This document shows, piece by piece, positions 58,430-64,000 of a stretch of 64,000 nt of DNA. Position numbers and translations under genes: made by a program. Source of the stretch: an uncultured Christensenella sp. Its GTDB lineage: Bacteria; Bacillota; Clostridia; Christensenellales; UBA3700. Every line of letters starts with the position of its first letter. Positions within the stretch are counted from its first letter, which is position 1. The notes under the pieces are model-generated. The model worked only from the letters and a program-made list of their open reading frames with translations, was not told the origin of the DNA and searched no databases. Where the stretch lies: contig CAJTYW010000006.1 of the NCBI GenBank assembly GCA_910583995.1, positions 17,989-81,988 of the forward strand, in the 5' to 3' direction.

Positions 58430-58580
58430 GTTGCAAAATAAATATAGTAGCGATTTTTGACAGGTTTTTTGATTAAAACATACAAAAATTAAAAAAATAT
58501 TCAAATGCATTTTTCAGAGAAAATTTGAATATAAAACAAAAAATGATAAAATAAAAATAAAATAAGACGAGGTAATAAAA

Positions 58581-59807
58581 ATGAAATTTAATGGAATAGA
58601 TTTTGATACATATCACAGAGACTACCCTAACGAAGTAGGATATTTTGGAAAATACGGCGGTGCTTATCTTCCTGAAGAGTTAAAGCAAGCAATGCAAGAG
58701 ATAACAGATGCTTACTTTACAATTTGCAAATCTTCAAAATTTGTAAACGAACTTAGAAGAATTCGCAGAGAATTTCAAGGTAGACCAACTCCAATATCTC
58801 ATTGTGAGAGATTATCCAATAAGTATGGCAATGTGCAAATTTATGTAAAGCGTGAAGATTTAAATCATAGCGGTGCACATAAACTTAATCACTGTATGGG
58901 TGAAGCACTTCTTGCAAAATATATGGGTAAAAAGAAGATTATTGCAGAAACAGGTGCAGGACAACACGGTGTTGCTTTGGCAACTGCTGCTGCTTATTTC
59001 GGATTGGAATGTGACATTTATATGGGTGCGGTTGACATTAAAAAACAAGCTCCTAATGTTGCAAGAATGAAAATTTTAGGTGCTAGAGTTATAGAAGTTA
59101 CAGACGGCTTGCAAACTTTAAAAGAAGCTGTTGATGCTGCCTTTTTAGCGTATAGTAAGGAATATAAAGATTGTATTTATTGCATTGGTTCTGCACTTGG
59201 TCCACACCCATTCCCAACAATGGTGCGTGATTTCCAAAGCGTTGTAGGTATAGAAGCAAGAGAACAATTTTTGGAAATGACAGGCGAACTTCCTGACAAT
59301 GTAGTTGCTTGCGTTGGTGGTGGTAGCAATTCAATTGGTATGTTTACAGCCTTTTTGAATGACCCTGTTAATATTTATGGTGTTGAGCCTTTAGGTCGTG
59401 GTAAAAAGCTTGGCGACCACGCAGCAAGTTTGACTTACGGCGAAGAAGGAGTTATGCACGGCTTTAATAGTATAATGTTAAAAGACGAAAATGGTGAACC
59501 TGCTCCTGTATACTCTGTTGCAAGTGGTCTTGACTACCCTTCAAGCGGTCCTGAACACGCCTTTTTGAAGGATATTGGAAGAGTTATATATGATACTTGT
59601 AATGACGATGATGCTATTGACGCTTTCTTTGAATTATCTAGACTTGAAGGTATTATTCCTGCTATTGAATCTAGCCACGCTGTAGCTTATGCTATCAAAC
59701 TTGCTAAACAAATGAACAAAGGTAGTGTCCTTGTTTGCTTGTCAGGAAGAGGCGATAAGGATATGGATTATGTTATTGAGCATTACGGCACAAGAGAAAA
59801 GAAATAA
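58581..59807 (+). CDS. trpB: tryptophan synthase beta chain (stand-alone, no trpA nearby)
   Basis: 408 aa with the PLP-lysine context [34 protein letters not shown] and SGRGDKD. Confidence 0.85.
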   Translation: MKFNGIDFDTYHRDYPNEVGYFGKYGGAYLPEELKQAMQEITDAYFTICKSSKFVNELRRIRREFQGRPTPISHCERLSNKYGNVQIYVKREDLNHSGAHKLNHCMGEALLAKYMGKKKIIAETGAGQHGVALATAAAYFGLECDIYMGAVDIKKQAPNVARMKILGARVIEVTDGLQTLKEAVDAAFLAYSKEYKDCIYCIGSALGPHPFPTMVRDFQSVVGIEAREQFLEMTGELPDNVVACVGGGSNSIGMFTAFLNDPVNIYGVEPLGRGKKLGDHAASLTYGEEGVMHGFNSIMLKDENGEPAPVYSVASGLDYPSSGPEHAFLKDIGRVIYDTCNDDDAIDAFFELSRLEGIIPAIESSHAVAYAIKLAKQMNKGSVLVCLSGRGDKDMDYVIEHYGTREKK

Positions 59808-59826
59808 TTAATGACAAATAATAAAA

Positions 59827-59853
59827 AACTGCACTTTAAAAAGTGCAGTTTTT
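59827..59853 (+). terminator. intrinsic terminator of trpB
   Basis: AACTGCACTT (59827-59836) pairs with AAGTGCAGTT (59841-59850), followed by TTT. Confidence 0.7.
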
Positions 59854-59908
59854 ATCACTTTATACTATTTCATTCAATAGCAGATAATTAATTTGTTAGG
59901 CTATTTCC

Positions 59909-59937
59909 TTTACTTTAACAGGCTATTATGATATAAT
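59909..59937 (+). promoter_or_regulatory. candidate promoter of the GT2 gene (leaves a ~185-nt leader)
   Basis: TTTACT (59909-59914), a 17-nt spacer ending in TGA, then TATAAT (59932-59937). Confidence 0.4.
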
Positions 59938-60127
59938 CTTTGTGTTATCGGAAGTTATCGCCTATCGACACGCAGTGGTATTTTACAGCAACAGATTTTT
60001 ATTCAAACTGGAAGTGTTTGTGTAAAAAGGCAGTATTGCGACAGCAATAAGAAACGTTAATACTAATTAAAATTTGCTTCCTATAATTTAAATTGCATGA
60101 CTAAAAACTCACTTAAAAGGAGAAATA

Positions 60128-61558
60128 ATGGATATATTTTTACAAGTTTTAGATTACTTTAATATTGTATTTATAGTACTTACAGTAATCTCTACTCTTG
60201 CACAAGTTATATTTATGTTGCTATCTTTATTTTGCAAAAAAGTAGTTTTCAAAAAAGCCGAAAAGCAAAATAAAATAGCGGTTTTAATACCAGCTCATAA
60301 TGAAGGTAAAATAGTTAAAACTTTAATTACCGACCTGCACAATCAAGACTATCCAAAGGATAAATATGACATTATAGTAATAGCTCATAATTGCACAGAT
60401 AATACAAAGCAAGTTGCAATTAAAAATGGTGCACAGGTATTTGAATGTGAATCAGATAAAAAGCTAAAAGGTTATGCCCTAAAAATGGCTATTGACGAAT
60501 ACTTAAAACCAGATTATGATTACGATTTTTATGTTGTTGTTGATGCAGATTGCAGAGTGGAAAGCAACTATCTAACCGAAATGAATAATGCTTATGATTC
60601 AGGAGTAGACATTGCTAGAAGTTATCTAGGTGGAACAAATACTTTTTCAAACACTATATCACAAGTAAGTACTCTTTATGACATTCGCGACGGCAGACTT
60701 ACTGCAAGAGTTAGAGAAAAATTAAAAATGAATGTTCAACTTATTGGTAACAGCTTTTTAATGTCAAGAAAATTACTTGAAGATTTTGGCGGGTTCCCAT
60801 CAAGTGATTCACTTACTGAAGACTCTGACTTAATGGTAAAATGTATGCTAAAAAAATACAGAATACATTATGTAGAAGATGCAATTTGCTATACAGAACA
60901 TTCTGAAAAAGTTTCCGAACTATTTAAACGCAATATGCGTCTTGGAAAAGGCATAAACAAAATCTTTTGGCGTGATGGTATAAAACTAATAGGTAAATTC
61001 TTTACAACTTTTAAAATCACATATATTGATATATTCTTTACCTTGGCATTTTTACCAATATCTTTGATTTCTTGCACTTGGTTTCCTGTATACTATGTAT
61101 TTTTGATATTAAAAATGCTAATAACGGGAGCACCGGTCTTGCATATGACGATGCAGTTATCATTGCAGGAATTTGTACCAATGGCTATATTAGTAGTTGC
61201 TTTAATGGTTATTATGTTATCACTACAAGGTGTTATGGCAGTATTCCTACAACGCGATAGATTGTTAAAAGAAGATAAGTGGACAAAATATTTAAAAGGT
61301 ATTGTTATGATGTGTCCTATTATGCTACTTACCAATTTAGCTATAACTTGTGGCATATTAAGCCCTAAACTAAGTTGGAAACAAGTTGAGCGTATTCACA
61401 CAAATGAAGAAAATTTTGAGCCTACAGATACTCAAAAAAATAATGCCATTACTTCTGAAATTACGGAAACATCAAGTGACGAAAACACGGATAAAACACA
61501 AAATTCAAATCAAGATAATTTGATACAAGCAGATTCTGAAATATCGGAAGAAGAATAA
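60128..61558 (+). CDS. membrane-embedded family 2 glycosyltransferase (processive synthase-like)
   Basis: 476 aa with GGAG SD and an N-terminal TM helix. The GT-A core has FYVVVDADCRV, and RNMRLGKG occupies the position of the Q(R/Q)xRW motif. Several C-terminal TM helices and an acidic disordered tail follow. Confidence 0.7.
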   Translation: MDIFLQVLDYFNIVFIVLTVISTLAQVIFMLLSLFCKKVVFKKAEKQNKIAVLIPAHNEGKIVKTLITDLHNQDYPKDKYDIIVIAHNCTDNTKQVAIKNGAQVFECESDKKLKGYALKMAIDEYLKPDYDYDFYVVVDADCRVESNYLTEMNNAYDSGVDIARSYLGGTNTFSNTISQVSTLYDIRDGRLTARVREKLKMNVQLIGNSFLMSRKLLEDFGGFPSSDSLTEDSDLMVKCMLKKYRIHYVEDAICYTEHSEKVSELFKRNMRLGKGINKIFWRDGIKLIGKFFTTFKITYIDIFFTLAFLPISLISCTWFPVYYVFLILKMLITGAPVLHMTMQLSLQEFVPMAILVVALMVIMLSLQGVMAVFLQRDRLLKEDKWTKYLKGIVMMCPIMLLTNLAITCGILSPKLSWKQVERIHTNEENFEPTDTQKNNAITSEITETSSDENTDKTQNSNQDNLIQADSEISEEE

Positions 61559-61571
61559 ATTATAAAAAATC

Positions 61572-61601
61572 AAATCTCACCTACTTTAGGTGAGATTTTT
61601 T
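61572..61601 (+). terminator. intrinsic terminator of the GT2 gene
   Basis: AAATCTCACC (61572-61581) pairs with GGTGAGATTT (61589-61598), followed by TTT. Confidence 0.7.
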
Positions 61602-61804
61602 GTAAAGTAAATTATACTATCAAATGCAAAATTAAAATAGTATTTATAAAAAATGAAATCAAAATAAAACTATCATAATTAAAACTAAGGAATTTATATA
61701 ACTTATTCTATTATAACACCCTGCTAAATTTTTAATACAAAAAGCTTTAGCTTAAAAGCTCTAACTCTTCAAATTTTTTGTAAGCTATCCATTTATTATT
61801 ACAA

Positions 61805-61833
61805 CAAAAAATACTCTAGTTTTGCTAGAGTAT
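61805..61833 (-). terminator. intrinsic terminator of tuf
   Basis: ATACTCTAG (61811-61819) pairs with CTAGAGTAT (61825-61833), followed on the minus strand by T6. Confidence 0.6.
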
Positions 61834-61878
61834 TTCTTTGCTTAATATCAAAATTTAATTAAATCAGGCTATTTCTAA

Positions 61879-63081
61879 TTACTTAATAATTTTAGCAACA
61901 ACGCCTGAACCTACAGTTCTACCACCTTCACGGATAGCGAAACGTAGACCTTCTTCAATAGCGATTGGAGTGATAAGTTCAATATCCATATCGATGTTAT
62001 CACCAGGCATAACCATTTCAACACCAGCTGGCAATTTGATAGAACCAGTAACGTCTGTTGTTCTGAAATAGAATTGTGGACGGTAACCATTGAAGAATGG
62101 AGTGTGACGACCACCCTCTTCTTTTGTCAATACGTAAACTTGAGAAGAGAATGAAGTGTGTGGGTTGATTGAACCTGGTTTAGCAAGTACTTGACCACGC
62201 TCGATATCAGTTCTTTGGATACCACGTAGCAATAGACCAACGTTATCACCAGCGTAAGCTTCGTCAAGAAGTTTTCTGAACATTTCGATACCTGTACAAG
62301 TTGTCTTAACAGTATCTTTAATACCAACGATTTCGATTTGGTCTTGCATTTTGATGCAACCACGCTCTACTCTACCAGTAGCAACAGTACCACGACCAGT
62401 AATAGTAAATACGTCCTCGATAGGCATCAAGAAAGGCTTATCAGTATCACGCTCTGGAGCTGGGATATAAGCATCAACAGCATCAAGAAGTTCAGCGATA
62501 CAAGCACAAGCTGGGTCATCAGCGTTACCAGCACTTGCAGCTTCAAGAGCTTTGAATGCAGAACCTTTAACGATTGGAGTATCATCTCCAGGGAAACCAT
62601 ACTCAGAAAGTAGGTCACGGATTTCCATCTCAACCAACTCTAACAACTCTTCGTCATCAACCAAGTCAGTTTTGTTCATAAATACAACGATGTAAGGAAC
62701 GCCTACTTGACGAGCAAGCAAGATGTGCTCACGAGTTTGAGGCATTGGACCATCAGTTGAAGCAACAACTAGGATAGCACCATCCATTTGTGCAGCACCA
62801 GTAATCATATTTTTAACATAGTCTGCGTGTCCTGGGCAGTCAACGTGTGCATAGTGACGAGTAGCAGTTTGATACTCAACGTGAGCAGTATTGATAGTAA
62901 TACCACGCTCTCTCTCTTCAGGTGCTTTATCAATTTCGTCATACTTCATTGCATCAGCAAATCCCTTAGCAGCACTATACATAGTGATAGCAGCAGTAAG
63001 AGTAGTCTTACCGTGGTCAACGTGACCAATTGTACCAATGTTTACATGGGTCTTGTTTCTTTCAAATTTAGCTTTAGCCAT
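61879..63081 (-). CDS. tuf: elongation factor Tu
   Basis: The start is placed at the internal Met giving [27 protein letters not shown] (GGAGGA SD). 400 aa of full-length EF-Tu sequence. Confidence 0.97.
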   Translation of the reverse strand: MAKAKFERNKTHVNIGTIGHVDHGKTTLTAAITMYSAAKGFADAMKYDEIDKAPEERERGITINTAHVEYQTATRHYAHVDCPGHADYVKNMITGAAQMDGAILVVASTDGPMPQTREHILLARQVGVPYIVVFMNKTDLVDDEELLELVEMEIRDLLSEYGFPGDDTPIVKGSAFKALEAASAGNADDPACACIAELLDAVDAYIPAPERDTDKPFLMPIEDVFTITGRGTVATGRVERGCIKMQDQIEIVGIKDTVKTTCTGIEMFRKLLDEAYAGDNVGLLLRGIQRTDIERGQVLAKPGSINPHTSFSSQVYVLTKEEGGRHTPFFNGYRPQFYFRTTDVTGSIKLPAGVEMVMPGDNIDMDIELITPIAIEEGLRFAIREGGRTVGSGVVAKIIK

Positions 63082-63310
63082 ATTTGTAAATCCTCCTAAA
63101 AAATTCAATTTATAATGTTTTTTTATTTTGTACAATAATAAATATTGATTATTGTTTTTCTTAATTATTAAACCTAATATTTGTTTAATAATTGATTTTT
63201 ATAAGTAAATATTTTATTTAAATGTAAAGATAACTATATAAAACTATTTTTGCAAATAAATTTTAAACTTAATTATTCTTTAACAAATCTCAAAATATCA
63301 CTTAAAATTA

Positions 63311-64000
63311 TTATTTATCTTTGTTTCTCTCGCCGATAATTTTTTCAGATACACTTCTTGGAACTTCAGCATAGTGAGAGAATTGCATTGAGAATCCTGC
63401 TCTACCTTGAGAAGTTGAACGAAGTACAGTTGCATAACCGAACATTTCGCTTAGTGGAACTTCTGCAGAAATAGCTTGGTCGCCACCTCTCATTTCCATA
63501 GTCTTAATGCTACCACGACGGCCGTTGATAGTACCGATAACATCACCAAGATATTCATCTGGAGTAACAACATCAACTGCCATAATAGGCTCTAGCAATA
63601 CTGGATTTGCCTTTTTAGCACCTTCTTTCAAAGCCATACTACCTGCGATTTTGAATGCCATTTCTGAAGAGTCAACTTCGTGGTAAGAACCATCATTGAT
63701 AGTAACTTTAAAGTCAACCAATTCATATCCTGCGATAACACCGCTCAAAGCAGCCTCACGGATACCCTTGTCAACAGCTGGGATATATTCCTTTGGAATA
63801 GAACCACCAACAGTTTTATCTTCAATAACAACACCTGAACCAGGTTCGCCCGGCATAAGTGTAACACGGCAGTGACCATATTGACCTGAACCACCTGATT
63901 GACGAATGAATTTACCTTCACTGTCAACAGTGTTACGGATAGTTTCACGATAAGCAACTTGTGGTTGACCAACGTTAGCTTCAACTTTAAACTCACGAAG
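63311..64000 (-). CDS. fusA: elongation factor G, C-terminal part (gene continues beyond the window)
   Basis: The reading frame is open to the window edge. It reads ...[56 protein letters not shown]...[18 protein letters not shown]. Confidence 0.95.
   Translation of the reverse strand, partial: LREFKVEANVGQPQVAYRETIRNTVDSEGKFIRQSGGSGQYGHCRVTLMPGEPGSGVVIEDKTVGGSIPKEYIPAVDKGIREAALSGVIAGYELVDFKVTINDGSYHEVDSSEMAFKIAGSMALKEGAKKANPVLLEPIMAVDVVTPDEYLGDVIGTINGRRGSIKTMEMRGGDQAISAEVPLSEMFGYATVLRSTSQGRAGFSMQFSHYAEVPRSVSEKIIGERNKDK

Noticed and set aside
58281-58580. T-box riboswitch upstream of trpB.
   Set aside because: No T-box core (…GGGTGGTAC…-like sequence) and no recognisable specifier-loop/AG-bay arrangement were found. 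The UGG present lies inside a mini-ORF with its own SD.
59938-60127. c-di-GMP or other riboswitch in the ~185-nt leader of the GT2 glycosyltransferase gene.
   Set aside because: Only a short resemblance (CACGCAG) to GEMM-I was seen. There is no ACGCAAAGC-type second-helix motif, no tetraloop/receptor pattern and no leader terminator. ATCG and GGAAGT recur a few times, but without convincing structure.
1-64000. CRISPR arrays, rRNA or tRNA genes.
   Set aside because: No regularly spaced 25-40-nt direct repeats were seen in any intergenic stretch. No region has the GC-rich, conserved look of rRNA or tRNA. The only tandem repeats are the 23-bp triple at 6296-6364 and a 33-nt duplication inside the transporter gene.

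Overview
The window comes from a low-GC, Bacillota-like chromosome. The evidence is a DnaD-domain/DnaI helicase-loader pair, fusA-tuf, and SD-type ribosome-binding sites. Conserved core genes occupy about 45.7-64 kb: rlmD-type methyltransferase, AlkD-like protein, P-type ATPase, Mrp/ApbC, a large surface protein, the replication loader pair, ilvN, trpB, a GT2 glycosyltransferase, tuf and fusA.

The left 45 kb is a mosaic of accessory DNA:
- (1) A sigma-factor operon.
- (2) An ABC-transporter gene truncated at the junction with a frameshift-riddled large serine recombinase, followed by a prophage tail-module remnant.
- (3) A visibly higher-GC block of about 16 kb encoding a rhamnoside utilisation locus: RhaA/B/D, GH78, two GH3 enzymes (one domain-permuted), two esterases, a GPH transporter and an AraC regulator.
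- (4) A defence island of about 20 kb with 14 genes, all on the minus strand. It appears to have inserted into the 3' end of rlmD. It is bracketed by a 24-nt imperfect direct repeat, and an orphaned rlmD tail plus terminator sits at the far end.

The island carries a complete Wadjet JetABCD system. It also carries an unusual nine-gene block in which a PLD-like/SNF2 helicase plus DUF4391 pair is joined to a type III Mod/Res pair through five uncharacterised ORFs. Two of these ORFs are translationally coupled to mod by TAATG overlaps. Three others lie in a cassette flanked by a duplicated DUF4391 3' end. This block is the best candidate for an undescribed multi-component defence system.

A stand-alone trpB has a leader with a strong promoter, a TRAP-like (U/G)AG triplet array, a Trp-codon mini-ORF and an intrinsic terminator. 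No rRNA, tRNA or CRISPR array was seen.
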